Source: the human T2T-CHM13v2.0 reference genome, Homo sapiens. From it: a stretch of DNA of 64,000 nt. The stretch is taken from the NCBI RefSeq assembly GCF_009914755.1, contig NC_060932.1. One strand, given 5' to 3'. Each line of letters starts with the position of its first letter. The first letter of the stretch is position 1. Made by a program: the position numbers and the translations under genes. The notes beneath the pieces were generated by a model. That model was not told the origin of the DNA. It saw nothing but the letters and a program-made list of their open reading frames with translations, and did not search any database. This document shows positions 29,460-44,759 of the stretch, piece by piece.

Positions 29460-29836
29460 TGATATGGTTTGGCTGTCTCCCCACCCAAATCTCATTTTGA
29501 ACTGTAGTTGCCATAATACCCATGTGTCGTGGGAGGGACCCAGTGGGAGGTAATTGAATCATGGGGGCAATTACCCCCATGCTGCTGTTCTTGTGATAGT
29601 GGGTGAGTTCTCATGAGACCTGATGATTTTATAAGGGGCTTTCCCCCTTTGGCTCAGCACTTCTACTTGTTGCCACCATGTGAAGAAGGACATGTTTGCT
29701 TCCCCTTCTGCCATGATTTTAAGTTCTCTGAGGACTCCCCAGCCATGCTAAACTGTGAGTCAATTAAACCTCTTCCTTTATAAATTACTCAGTCTCAGGT
29801 ATGTCTTATTAGCAGCATGAGAACAGACTAATACAG
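29460..29836 (+). mobile_element. THE1C-like MaLR solo LTR
   Basis: TGATATGGTTTGGCTG...GAGAACAGACTAATACA, with a 5-bp TSD-like GTTAC / GTGAC. Confidence 0.88.
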
Positions 29837-29852
29837 TGACTCTCTCTAATTT

Positions 29853-30676
29853 TACTGATGGTGGACAGGCAAGCCCCTAAATCGGGACTTAGCCCGGGAT
29901 GGTTCTTGGCTTTGCCCATGAAAGAATTCAAGGGTGAGCTTGTGGTGTTAAACTGTAACTTTTATTGAAACAGCAGTGCACAGCAACAGCAGAGGCACTG
30001 CTCTTTGCGGAGCAGGGCTACCCCATAGGCAGTGTGCCCAGAGTAGCAGCTCAGAGGCATTCTGCAGTCATATTTATACCTACACTTTTTTTTTTTTGAG
30101 ACAGAGTCTTGCTCTGTCACCCAGACTGGAGGGCAGTGGTGCTGCCTCAGCTTACTGCAACCTCCCCCTCCAGGGTTCAAGCGATTCTCCTGCCTCAGCC
30201 TCCCGAGTAGCTGGAATTACAGGTGCATTAACCTGTGATACCAAAGGCTAACTTTGGTATTTTTAGTAGAGACTAAAGGCTAACTTTGGTATTTTTAATA
30301 GAGACAGGGTTTCACCATGTTGTCCAGGCTGGTCTCGAACTCCTGACCTCAGGTGATTCGCCCTCCTTGGCCTCCCAAAGTGCTGGGATTACAGGCGTGA
30401 GCCACCGGACCTGGCATATGCCTACTTTTAATTACATGCAAATTACGGGGCAGATCATGTAGAAATATCTAGGAAAGGTGGTAACTTCCAAGTCGTTGGG
30501 CTGCTGCTGTGAAAAGGAGCAGCAACTTCTGGGCATTGCCATGGCAATGGTAAAATGACATGGTGCACTGGTGGGCGTGTCTTATGGAAAGCTGCTTCCA
30601 CTCCGTTTTAGCTAGTCCTTAATTTGGTCCAGTGTCCAAGCCCAGCCCCTGAAGTTGAGTTCAGGCTCCTACTTCA
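29853..30676 (-). mobile_element. MER66-like ERV1 LTR, split by an Alu at 30085-30415
   Basis: Minus-strand start TGAAGTAGGAG...GGACACTGGACCAAATTAAGGACTAGCTAAA resembles the recalled MER66 consensus. Confidence 0.7.
30085..30415 (-). mobile_element. AluS with a short internal duplication
   Basis: Antisense Alu in which AAAGGCTAACTTTGGTATTTTTA occurs twice (about 30243 and 30276). Confidence 0.92.
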
Positions 30677-32413
30677 TTACTACTTAATAAACTGTATTAA
30701 GAGAGCTTTCTGTGCCATAATGTTCCACTAGACAGTAAGTTCCTCAATGGGAAGGGCCATTTATTGCTTTCAGTATGTCCACAACCTAACTTGGTGCCTG
30801 TACATAGTAGCCACTCAGTGTTTGTTTGTTGAATAGATACCCATTATTTACTTAACATATTCCACCCTGACCTCTCCTCCCTACACCCCAATCTGAGTGA
30901 CTTTAGTTATTATTGCACATATTTATAGCAGTGTCTTGATGAGAATAGGGGAAAGGTCATATTATATTGTCCCCACCTTGCAGATGAGGGAATTAAAGCA
31001 GATAAATAACTTCTCAGTGACAATTATACTGAAAATCTCTTGCATTTGGTTAGTGTATTACAGCTTACAAAATGTTTTCAAGTATGCTATCACATACGAC
31101 TCTCTCAATACGACCTGGTGAAGTAGACAGGTGAGGTATTGTTCCCAGTTCAGAGAGGAAGAATGAAAGCTCAAAGGGACGGTGCCATCCTTTCAACAAC
31201 AAAACCAAGCAGTGAGGCAGAAACCCAAAGGCAATACTTCTAAGTCCAAGGCCCGGGCCCTTGCTGTCACACTAATTTAAATTGGACTTATTTTGCACTG
31301 CTTTTGCCTGTTAAGATTCAGAACTGTGGATATTGGGAAAAGATAGTCTTTCTTAACTAGTCAAAGGGGGACTAAGCTTTCCTTGTACAGAGCAACAAAA
31401 GGAAAGTTCTGGGGACAATAATATAATCAATGGGTCTGGCTTCAGATATTGCAGTCTAACAATCATATTTCCTATGTCTGGGTTCTGTGTCTTCAATCCC
31501 TGGGCCACTTCATTTTTGAGACCAATCAGAAGAATAGGAATCTAGCACCTTACAAGAAAGTGGAGTAGTGAAAAGAGGAGGCCCTGTTGGTATTGCTACA
31601 TTTAAAAATACCCCAAACAGAGTTGCTCAAAACAACGCCCATCAGTTGGTGGATGGGAACTGGAATAATGGGGGGCTGGTGGAGAGAGGCTGAAGCCACT
31701 AGGGCTGTCCAATCAACTCTCTCTCTCTCTCTTCCTGTCTCTCTGCAGTCTCAGGGCCTCTCTTCATGGTCTCCTGGGGAGCTGGTTTGGTATTCCTGCT
31801 AGTATGGTGACCTCAGGGCAGTGAGGCTGCCTACATAGCAGAATTTGAGGGCAAAGTGAAACCTGGGTCATTTTTTATGACTTAGATGCCACATAATGTC
31901 GCTTCCACTGTGCTCTGCTGATCTAAACAGTCACGAACACCCACCCAATTTCAAGAAGACATAGGCCCCGCCTCTCAATAGCAGCAGTGTCTAAGGGCGT
32001 CTGTTGAGGGTGGGAAACATGTCTATACAAATTAACTTCCCCTATCCACACTGGCCACTGGAAAGAAGAGTAAACAGAATATGTGGAAAGTCAGCACACT
32101 TTCCGGGCAAAGTGCTTTTCTGCTCATAGCCATAATGAAATGAACTAAGAATATGCAATTACATATAATTAGGTATAATTAAAATACAGAGACACATCTA
32201 AAATAAAGGCCTAATTAAGAAGTAGGATAACTAGGTGGGAATGTCAACAATGATAATTCAGTGATTACTGTTGGGGATTATTTTGTTGTCATTGACCCTA
32301 AATCAGGGTCAGCGTCCAGAGAAATAGCGAAACAATCTCAGTCTGCTCTCAAGTCTTAGTCACACCTCCCTAGCTTCACATTTCTTATTTCTCCACACTA
32401 TTTAAGTGAAGCT

Positions 32414-32761
32414 TTTTATTTTATTTTATTTTGAGACAAGGTCTCACTCTGCTGCCCAGGTTAGAGTGCAATGGCATAACCATGGCTCATTGCAGCTTCA
32501 ACCTCCTGGGTTCAAGCCATTCTCCCACCTCAGCCCCCTGAGTAGCTGAGATGACAGGCAGGCATGTGCCACTATGCTGAGCTAATTTTATTTTATTTTA
32601 TTTTATTTATTTTAATTTATTTTTATTTTTATTTTTATTTTTGTAGAGAGGAGTCTCACTATGTTTCCCAGGCTTGTCTCGAATTCTGGGACTCAAGTGA
32701 GCCTCCTGCCTCAGCCTCCCAAAGTGCTGGGATTATAAGTGCGAGCCACTGTGCCAGGCCT
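32414..32761 (-). mobile_element. AluJ with an expanded (TTTTA)n middle linker
   Basis: Diverged antisense Alu. Confidence 0.9.
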
Positions 32762-33607
32762 GTATATAATTATAAATGTGATATATAGTTATATTTTCAA
32801 TCTTTTTATTTTTTAAATGGACTATGACATGCCTTCCACATGCCCTTCCTTACTTACCTTCTCCCCCTTTTGTGTTCTTTTCTTTCCTGCTCTACTTTTC
32901 TCAGAGATGTTCACCTTAAGAGGACAGATCTGCAGGTACCACCCGATCCGTAACTCGGTGATTCCAAAGAGAAGAACATACCTTTCTAATGGAGATGTCT
33001 GGTGATCACCACCATAGCCGAGGGATAGCAGTGCGGCACCCGGACGTGCTGAGCTGCAGACACAATGACAGGTGCACTTCCCCTGGGAGGCGGTCTTTCC
33101 CAGCACCCTTAACTCGAATCTAAGCATGAGGAAGCCATCGGTCAGGTCCTCAACGGAGGAGTGTTGCAGGGAGATTTTCTACAGGCTAGAGGCCTGGACT
33201 CTCCTAATAATCCAATGCCATGTAAAACAAAACAAAAGCAAGAAGGCAGGAGGACCACCGTAGACTAAAAGAGGCTAAAGCGATGTAACCACCAAATGTG
33301 AGACATGAAAACTGATTAAATCTCCAATCAGGAATAACATGCCACAGAAGACATTTGGGAAGAGACATGAACATGGTTGTACAGGAGATGACATTATTGA
33401 GTTAAGTTGATATTCTTAGATAGGATAATCGTGACGGTTATGGAGGAACACGTCCTTTCTCTCCACAGTCGTGTATTGAAACTTGGAAGATTAACTGTTA
33501 TAATAGCTGCAGGTTACTTTCAATTGTTTATGACAACCTGGGTGTACATATATTTATTATATGTACTGTGTGTATGCATGTGTTATGTATGTGTGTGTAT
33601 GTACACA

Positions 33608-34010
33608 CTGTATTGGTATGTTCTTGCATTGCTATAAATACCTGAGACAGTGGAATTTACAAAGAAAAGAGGTTTAATTGGCTCACGGTTCTGCTTGCTT
33701 TACTGGAAGCGTGGTGCTACCATCTCCTTGGCTCCTGGGGAGAATTCAGGAATGTTACAATCATGGTAGAAGGCAAAGGTGGGGGCAGGCACGTCACATA
33801 ACAAAAACAGGAGCAAGAGGGAAAGGGGAGGTGCTACACACTTTTATATGAGAACGAAATCACTATCACGAGCATCAAGGGGATGGTGGTAAAGCATTCA
33901 TGAGAAATCCACCTCTGTAATCTAATCACCTTCCACCAGGCCCCACCTTCATCATTGGGGATTACAATTCAACCTGAGATTTGGGTGGGGACACACTTCC
34001 AAACCATATC
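33608..34010 (-). mobile_element. MST-type MaLR LTR, followed by (CA)n
   Basis: AAAGAAAAGAGGTTTAATTGGCTCACGGTTCTG...ATTACAATTCAACCTGAGATTTGGGTGGGGACAC...CAAACCATATCA. Confidence 0.85.
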
Positions 34011-35039
34011 ACACACACACACACACACACGGAGAAAAAATGTGGCAAATTGTTGACAATTGGTTAATCTGAGTGAAGGGTTTAAACATGCTTATTGTAC
34101 TGTTGTTTCAACTTTCCTGTAGTCTGAAATTTTTTTCAAAAGTAAGATTTTAAAAAGTGAAATTAAGAAAAAACATATCAAATTTTGACCTGCTACAGTG
34201 TAACAGGCATTAATGTGGATTTCTGGAATTTGACAGCTAAACACCCAGTATGAGTGGAGGTTTAGCACCACACGTGGTCTGGAATGGCGGGGTTGGTGGA
34301 TCAATTTTAATGGGCCTGACACTGGGAAGCATAGTCATCTACCAGCTTGAAGATGATTAGATCCTAAGGTCACCAAAAGACTAGGCAACAGCAACTGCGG
34401 CTGTGGACTTGATTGTTGCGTTGTTAAGGGGTTACCTGTAGGAGTTCAAATGAGAATTGTTGAATCACACATTCATAATTTAAAGTGTGCACTGTCATCT
34501 TGTCATCAAGAACTTTTATGCATCTGAAATGTTCAAATCCTGAAATTCCACCTTTTGACTGCGGTTTCCTTTTCCTGAATTTCATTCAGTATAAATCTGC
34601 CCTTCTCAGGGAGCCTTCGGGTCTCCATGGTCCTTATTTAACATCATTTCCTTCCCTGCCCAGGCTCCATCTACGGGCTAGTAATTTTCATTATGCTCTT
34701 TCAAGCACTCATAACTCCTTTACCCGTGTGAAGGCAAGAGCTGGGGTTCATTTATCTTTGCAGCTGGTACATAATAAGCATTTGATAAATACACATGCAT
34801 GGAGTTGGAGTTGGATCTTCCGATTTAACCAGCTTGTTTTACAGGTGAGGAGATCGAGATTCAAGGATATGAAATGACTCAGCTAAGAGCACACAGCTAG
34901 TTAGTGGCAGGACAGAGACTAAAATCCTTTTTTAAAAAATTTAACCCTCAAGTCTTTCTTTACTCTTTTTTTACAGCCAATGTGTCCTTCCCCTTTATTT
35001 GCTTAGTCTAGCTCAGTTTTTACTTTTGAGTTGGATTGG

Positions 35040-35512
35040 TGACAAAGATTCACTGCTTGGCGAAGCTTGAGTTAGAGTCTTGAAACTTCTTGTAGGACCA
35101 TCTGTGCACTTCCTTGTAAAATCCAGTTTTGGTAAAGAGCCCTGCGAAGTCTGTTTAGTGAGGACCACCCCCCCGCCGCCGCCCGCATCTTCAATACCTA
35201 ATCGGGTTTCTCTTCCTCCACCATTTAGCAGGTGATGTGTGGTCACTCTTGCCTGCCTTCAGCAGGAATCCTCTTACGTTAGTTCAGCCGAAATTCCTCA
35301 TATCCCTGATGGTTCCTCTTAGTAATTTTCACCCCACTAACCACTCCCACACCCCACCCACTTGGCCAGGCTGTGTCTGGAGTGGAGCTCAATCTCTCTC
35401 CACCACTGCAACATGCAACTGCAGAGGTCCTTTCATCTATCACAACGGTCTTGAATAAAGCCTTCCTTACTGTGCTTTAACAAGTGGCATGGCATGGCTT
35501 TTTCCTTAAACA
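35040..35512 (+). mobile_element. MER31-like ERV1 solo LTR
   Basis: TGACAAAGATTCACTGCTTGG...CATCTGTGCACTTCCTTGTAAAATCCAGTTTT...AATAAAG...AACA. Confidence 0.65.
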
Positions 35513-35914
35513 GTGAGTGAGAAACAGGGGAAGAATGAAAAATCAGCGAACTGCCCAACACATGTACCCCACAGGCTGGCCTCTGGTCTCTGTTTTCTAC
35601 AACTTCCCATTCCCGGGCAATGGAGGAGCATGTGAATAAACACCAGGAGAGGAGTTCCTTGCTCTGCTGGCTTTCTGCTGCATTTTCAGTCAATTCTTCC
35701 CTGGTGAGAAGTCTTTAGTCACTGGAATCACTTTCACATTTTCTCCTTGGTTCAGACGTAACTGTGCATGTGTGTGTATCCCTGTGTTTGTGTGTGTATC
35801 CGTGTGTACCTGTAGGTTTTCACTTTGAATGAACAATGACAGTCTGTTTCTCATAACTTTGAATTTAGAGCATCTCCTGGCCTAAGGTTTCAGCAGGCAT
35901 TCTATCAGCATCAG

Positions 35915-36800
<886 letters not shown>

Positions 36801-37070
36801 AATTTGCCTGTGTCTGAAATGCAGGAGGCAGGGCTTGCAGGTGCTAGGTTGCTTCCCACAGCCTGTTAGACTACTTTGGCTCCAGAGCCTCCTGATCATC
36901 AGCGTCCCCTTGGGGTTACCTCGGCAGCGACAGCCAATCATTACTGACCCTAGGCAGTGTTTCTTAAACTATGGGGTGAAAGGCATTCACATCAGTATGT
37001 CCTGGGTAAGCACAGGGGAACATGCAGATTCCTGGACCCAGACCCCAACCAGCGAATCAGAACCTCTAGG

Positions 37071-37373
37071 AGCCAGCCAGGTGTGGTGGCTCACACCTGT
37101 AATCCTAGCACTTTGGGAGGCCAAGGCAGCCAGATCACTTGAGGTCAGGAGTTTGAGACCAGCCAGGTCAGCATGGCAAAACCCCACTTCTACAAAAAAA
37201 AAAAAAAAAAAAAAGAAAAAAAAATTAGCTGGGCATGATGGTGCATGCCTGTAGTCTCAGCTATTTAGGGGGCTGAGTTGGGAGGATTGATTGAGCCTGG
37301 GAGGCAGAGCTTGCAGTGAGCTTAGATCATGCCACTGCACTCCAGCCTGGGCAGCAGAGTGAGACCCTTTCTC

Positions 37374-37400
<27 letters not shown>
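37071..37400 (+). mobile_element. Alu with an expanded middle A-tract, inserted in a MER5-like fragment
   Basis: Dimeric Alu with TSD-like GAACCTCT on both sides. Confidence 0.9.
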
Positions 37401-37404
<4 letters not shown>

Positions 37405-37799
37405 ACCTCTGCGAGCCTAAGCTTGTTCTACAAGCTCGCCAGTTGTTTCTGAAGCTGCAGCTGTCACCATGCCTCTATACGGTAACAGCTCAATGAATAG
37501 TGCCCAGTTCTAAGACCTGCCATCTTTCCACTGCGTGAGATTATACCATGGCGACTTTTAGAGAAGCCCCACCAGTCTCAGTCTGTGAGTCTTTCAGGTA
37601 TCTGAGATGATCACTAAAATGTTTCCAATCCTTGTAATGCCATTCTCAGTTCCATTCCTAGATACAGGTGAGAAGTCTTCAGCTTCAGTATTTCAGTGGT
37701 TTATTCGGAAAGCAAGTATAGGCAGATAAGTTGATGTCAGCTCCCTGCCAAATTCTTGGAACAGCTTGGGAAAACATAAAATGATTAGCAAACAGCCCT

Positions 37800-38075
37800 C
37801 CCACCCAGGCTGGAGTGTAGGAATGCAGTGGTGCAAACATAGCTCACTGCAGCCTTGAACTCCTAGGCTCAAGCAATCCTCCTCCCTCAGCTTCCTGAGT
37901 AGCTGAAACTGTAGGCATACATCACCATGCTCAGCTAATTTTGAAACTTTTTGTTGTAGAGTCAGAGTCTTGCTATGTTGTTTAGGCTGGTCTCCAACTC
38001 CTGGGCTCAAGTGATCCTCCTGCCTCAGCCTCCCAATGTGCTGGGATTACAGATGCACATCACCACACCCAGCCC
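37800..38075 (-). mobile_element. AluJ
   Basis: Diverged antisense Alu. Confidence 0.88.
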
Positions 38076-38694
38076 AAGCCCCGCCCATTCTTTGCATAAA
38101 AGCAACCATTTAATTAGAGGTTCTATTATGGTCTGACATTTTAAGTAAAAAAGATTATTTGGGGAAAACATCCAGGCATGGGTCTTGAAGACAGCCTCTA
38201 AAAGCCTTCTGCTTCTCGTTAGACAATGCCTCTGAAGCTTCTCTGATTCTGTACAGAATCAGGACACGAAGAGGGGGAGGAAATACTGTGATTGCAACTG
38301 TAAAAGCAATCAGAAGTATACAGTTATTGGAAGGTCTACAAGTTAGGACTAGGGAACCCCCCCCCCCCCCCGAAAATGCTGTATAATTATCAGCAAGATG
38401 GCGAGAAATAAACAAGGGAGATTTCATAGGAGAGAAGCAGAGTATCAGAAAAGAATATCTAGGCTTTGCTGCAGGAAAAAGTAAAAATAGAATATTGGAA
38501 CTTCTACCACATAGATATAAGTTATTTCTAATATTTGGATGGTAATAAAATACAGTGTCCTCAAAAAGTAGACAGAGCAAACTTTTCTGATCAAAAGGTA
38601 GGAAGGGATTAAAAAAAAAAGGCTAGCTATTTTAACCTTTAAACAGTGGATAGTCTTCATTTAATGTTCTGTCATTTCTAAAGAGGCTGTCTGG

Positions 38695-38860
38695 AGCCAG
38701 GCATGGTGGTGCGAACACCTACGGTCCTAGCTACTCAGGAGGCTGAGACAGGAGGATTGTTTGACGTCAGGAGTTCAAGGCTGTACTGTTCTGTGACCTC
38801 GCCTGTGAATAGCCATTGCAGTCCAGCCTGGGCAACATAGCAAGACCCCGTTTCTGAAAG
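38695..38860 (+). mobile_element. Monomeric Alu (FAM/FRAM-like)
   Basis: Single Alu arm containing CCTGTGAATAGCCATTGCAGTCCAGCCTGGGCAACATAG. Confidence 0.8.
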
Positions 38861-40194
38861 AAAATGTGTTATGCTTTAAATCTCTCTAGAACAAAGTAGG
38901 TTTTGAAATCCTAGCCAACCGCTTACTTATTTAACACATATTTGATACATCAAAGAATTAGGATAGTTCTTTGAAGCTGATTGCACTGGGATTTATCCTG
39001 GCATTCTAAGTTTTTGTCTTTAGATGGGATAAGATTTGCTGATCAACTTCTCTACACTTACTCTTATCAGCAGCCCTGGGTTATCTTTATGTGGACCCAG
39101 ACTCAGTCCAAAATCCTTAAGTCTTCCCATCCTTCTGATCTTTCACTTTTTTTCAGGTCCCACCTTACCTGGAAGAACCATGAAGATCAAATAGAAGGTC
39201 CTTGTGCATGAAGCTCAGCGGAAAAAAGCTCGGGTATGAGGCAGGGGAAATGTAGCGAACAAAGCACTTGGAAGAACAGTCACTTTGCACCTTTTGTATC
39301 AAAAGGAAGCAGGTCTAGGGTGGATAGAAGACATTCATCAAAACTGTGAAAGCCAACTCTTTATTACTTGATCTTTGCTTTCGTGTGTCATTTTGCCCCT
39401 AAAGCTGAACTCATGAAAGTGCCTAACAGAACGCCCATTCAGGGTCCATTTTACCTTTCCTTGCACTGTTAGAATCTGCAGAAATGAAATTTAGCTCAAC
39501 CTCAAACTAATCAGAAAAATAAGTTCCAGATGAGATAGAGCTCTCAGTATGAAAAATCATTATAGCCTTCCATTTTTAGCAATATGGCAGACTTAGGAAT
39601 CATAATGAGACTTTTGATTTAAAAAAACCTATAATTGTGTAAATATTTTTTAAACAACAGATTATTAAATATATTGCTGGCCTGGCAAAAAGTAAAAGAG
39701 AAATCCTTAAAGACCACAAATAATGGAACATATGAATTCAGAAAGGTAAGCAAGGACATTGAAACGGTTTTGTTTAAGGAATATCTGCCAGTCTCTGGGG
39801 ACCTGGAGATTCCATTTACGTGGTTTAGTTCAGGAGAAAAGGAGACAAAATCTAGTGCCCACACTTGATAGATTTTTCTTTATTTGTATTCTCTATTTCA
39901 TTAATTTCTCAGGTATTAATGAAGGTGGGAAGTCTGACTGTAGACCTTTTTATTTTACATAAGGCTTAGACCCTGAAAGTCACACACTGGGTAATACTAA
40001 AAAAAAAAAAAATCCTGCCTTTCTTAACGAGTTAGTAAGGAAACTTGTCTACCTTGATTTTGCCTCTGAGTAAACGGGAGAAAAACATGTTTAAGAATTT
40101 GTATTTTACCATCACACAAGTTTAGGGACAGAATTTCTACTCTCCAAGAATTCTGGAAACACCAAACTGATAACATAATTTAAAGACATCCTGT

Positions 40195-40548
<354 letters not shown>

Positions 40549-40964
40549 TCAATCTTCTCTCGAGGAATGCACCTCAAATTAAAAAATTATTACAGATTTG
40601 TTCCACAGCACAGAATTTTACAACAGCAAGCTGTAAGACACAAGAGGAAACCATCATTTGAGCGAGAGTTGGGAGGAAGAAGAAACAGAAATGCATTCCA
40701 AAACACTGAGCATATTGGAATGGAAATTGAAATAAAAATTTAAATATGTCTAAAGAAATAAAAGGGACTGTTAGACTTTGGAAGAAATATGAATTTTGCA
40801 AGCTTTACAAACAGTAACTACCATCTGCCATGATCTCTACTTAACTAATAGCACCCAAACAGAAAACTATAGAGTACCTGATAACCCGACAACAAAGACA
40901 CGCTAAGATCTGGCTTCAAAGTCATGCTTCGACAACTGCCAACCTAAATGACAGACAGAGAGGC

Positions 40965-41361
40965 TCTCTAATAGAAAATGATATTTATGTGGGAATGGAC
41001 ACTGCAATGGGAATATGTGTGTCATAATAAACTAAGTGCATATTCAGGAGGTAAAAGAAGACAAAGGTTTTTTTGAAGAAAAATGAGGAGGGCTGCATAA
41101 TTGTTTTAAGATAATTATGTTTGGCAACAAGGAGCAATAATAAGGGTTGTGCCAGCCTGAGGTCAGACAGGCAGCTGCTGGGCAGATGTCCTTGCAGAAG
41201 TATATTTGTATGCAAGGTTGTGATTTTTGCAGACTTGTGTGATAATTCCTCTTATCAGGCATTTGTGCTTGGGAATCCTCCTCCCTTCATGCCCTGCGCT
41301 GGGTCTATTGTTTAGATTTTTAACACAAGCAACTCCATTTTCATTCTGACAACTTTCACAC
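40965..41361 (-). mobile_element. LTR47/MER72-like LTR
   Basis: Minus-strand start TGTGAAAGTTGTCAGAATGAAAATGGAGTTGCTTGTGTTAAAA. Confidence 0.6.
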
Positions 41362-41489
41362 AGTGTAACATTATAGAATCATTTTGACCAACAACCTAAT
41401 TCTGCACTAAAAATCCTTCCGCCAAGATCCTCAGACAATCTGGTATTTGATTGTCTACTATGCATACCATAAAATTTTGACAAGCCTCA

Positions 41490-41908
41490 TGGATCAGTCC
41501 ATTCTCACACTGCTAGAAAGAAATGCCTGAGACTGCATAATTTATAAAGAAAAGATTGGCTTCCTTGGCTCATGGTTCCAGGCTGTACAGGAAGCATAGA
41601 GGCTTCTGCTTCTGGGGAGACCTCAGGAAGCTTTTAATCATGGCAGAAGGCAAAAGGGGAGCAAGGTATCTCACATGGCCAGAGCAGGAAGAAGAGAGTG
41701 AGTGGTGAGGTGCTGCGCACTTTTAAACAACCAGATCTCACCAAAACGCACTCACTATCACGAGAACAGCACCCAGGGAACGGCGCTAACCCATTCATGA
41801 GAACTCCACCCCCACGAGCCAATCGCCTCCCACCCAGCCCCACCTCCAGCACTGGGGATTACAATTCGACAGGAGATTTGGTAGGGACACAGAGCCAAAC
41901 CCCATCAG
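41490..41908 (-). mobile_element. MSTA/MSTB MaLR LTR
   Basis: CAGTCCATTCTCACACTGCTA...TTTAAACAACCAGATCTC...GGGACACAGAGCCAAACCCCATCA. Confidence 0.85.
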
Positions 41909-42169
41909 CTCAACTGTGTTGACTTTTTGTCTTTTACAGTTTTGGAAGTCCAATACTCAGAACTTGCTTTTCACCTCCTGACCAAAGGACACTGTGGCAG
42001 CATGCCAAAATGTCTTTTTGCCTTTAAACTTTCTCACCTGAAAGTCCAACATTGACCAGAGGGTCCGTGTTGTTATAATGCCTGGGAGCCACTGAGCTCT
42101 GGCTTGTGGTGAAGATACAACTGGCTGAAAGGTCGTTGAATCTGAGTGCTGAGTACGTAAGTGTTTTCC

Positions 42170-42890
<721 letters not shown>

Positions 42891-42959
42891 TATATTATTA
42901 TCTCTACTTCTGCACACATTTGAGATTTTCCTGAGTGAGTTTCAAAAAATCTGCTATAG

Positions 42960-44695
42960 CTCTAGAACACTCTATCAAACAATAGCAAAATGTATGTTCT
43001 TTTCAAGTGAATATGGAATGTTCTCTAGGGTAGGCTTTATGCTAGGTCATAAAACAAACCTCAGTAAATTTAAAAGGATTGAAATGATACATAGTATCTT
43101 CTCCAACCACACTGGAATTAAATTAGAAATCAAAAACATAAAGTAATTTGGGGAACCCACAAATATGTAGAAATTGAACAACATACTCCTAAATAGCCAG
43201 TAGGTCAAAAGAAAAATCAAACTGAAAATTAGAAAATACTTTGAACTGAATTAAAATGGAAACCGCAATATTCCAAAACTTATGGAATTCAGCTGAAGAA
43301 CTGCCTAGGAAAAATTATAGCAGTAAATGCCTATATTAAAAAAGAAAAAAAACTCAGAACAATTACTTCCATCTTAAGACACTGGAAAGAGAAGACCAAA
43401 CTAAACCTAATTCAAAAAAGAAAGGAAATAGTAAATATTAGAATGGAAATTAATGAAATAGAGAATACAAAATGGTAAAGAAAAATCAGTGAATCCAAAA
43501 GCTGGTTCTTTGGAAAGGTAAACAAAAATAACAGAATTCAACCAAGACATAAGAAAGAAGACTTAAATTATTAGAATTATAGAAACGATATCAGTTTTTC
43601 ACAAACTTTTCCAAAAAATGGGAGAGAAGGGATGCTTCTCAGCTCATTCTATGATGTCAGTATTACCCTGATTCCAAAACCAAAGACATCACAAAAAAAG
43701 AAAACTACAGATCACTATCTCTTATTACTATGGATACAAAAATCCTCCACAAAATCGTGGCAAATCAAATCCAGTGACATATAAAAAGAATCATACACTA
43801 TGACCAAGTGGGATTTATTCCAGGAAGGCAAGGTTAGCTTAACACCTGTAAATTAATTATTGTAACAGACCCTATCAATAGAATAAAAACCGAAAGCCAC
43901 ATGCTCATATTAATAGATGCAGAAAAAGCACTTGACAAAACCTAACACTCGTTTTTTGATTAAAAACCACAAGAAGATACCTCTTAGCACCTACCATGAT
44001 GGCTATAATCAAAAAGATAATAAACTTTGGTGAGGATATGGAGAAATTAGAACCCTCATACATTTCTGGTGAGAATGTAGAAACGATGCAGTCACTTTGG
44101 AAAACAGTGTGGCAGTTTCTCAAAAAAGCTAAACATAGAGTAACCATTTGAGCAGCAATTCCACTAGTAGGTATACACCCAAGAGAAATGAAAACGTATG
44201 TCCATATGAAAACTTGTACATGAATATTTATAGCAGCATTAGTCATAAAGCAAAAGATGGAAACCCAAATATTTATGAACTGTGAATGGACAAACAAAAG
44301 GTGATATATCCATAAAATGAAATATTATTTGGCCACAAAAAGAAATGAAGTCCTGATACACGCTACAACATGAATGAAACTTGAAAATATCATGGGAGGT
44401 AAACAGTCACGAAAGACCACCCATGACATGATCCATTTATATGAAATGTCCAGAATAAGCAAAATAAAGGGACAGAAAATAGATTGGTAGTTGCTTAGAG
44501 CCAGGAGTATGGGGGAATTGGGGAGTGAAGACTAAAGCAAATGGGAGTCTCTTTTTGAGGTAATGAAAATGTTTACAGTGGATTATGGTGACGGTTGCAC
44601 AGCTCTGTGAATATACTAAAAACCACTGAATTGTACATTTTATACTGATGAATTGTACAGTATGTAAACTGTACCTCAATAAAACGGCCACAAAA
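42960..44695 (+). mobile_element. L1M (L1MB-type) ORF2 and 3'UTR fragments
   Basis: CATAAAACAAACCTCAGTAAATTTAAAAGGATTGAAAT and TGACCAAGTGGGATTTATTCCAGG. Ends TGTACCTCAATAAAA. Confidence 0.82.
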
Positions 44696-44759
44696 AGAAA
44701 AGTAAGGAGGAGTGAAGCAGGATAAGGAAGGTTAGGAGGCCATACTCACTTACTGACTT

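Noticed and set aside
38155-38580. 141-aa ORF crossing a C-homopolymer
   Set aside because: No recognisable protein features, a non-ATG start, and a frame dependent on an unstable mononucleotide run.
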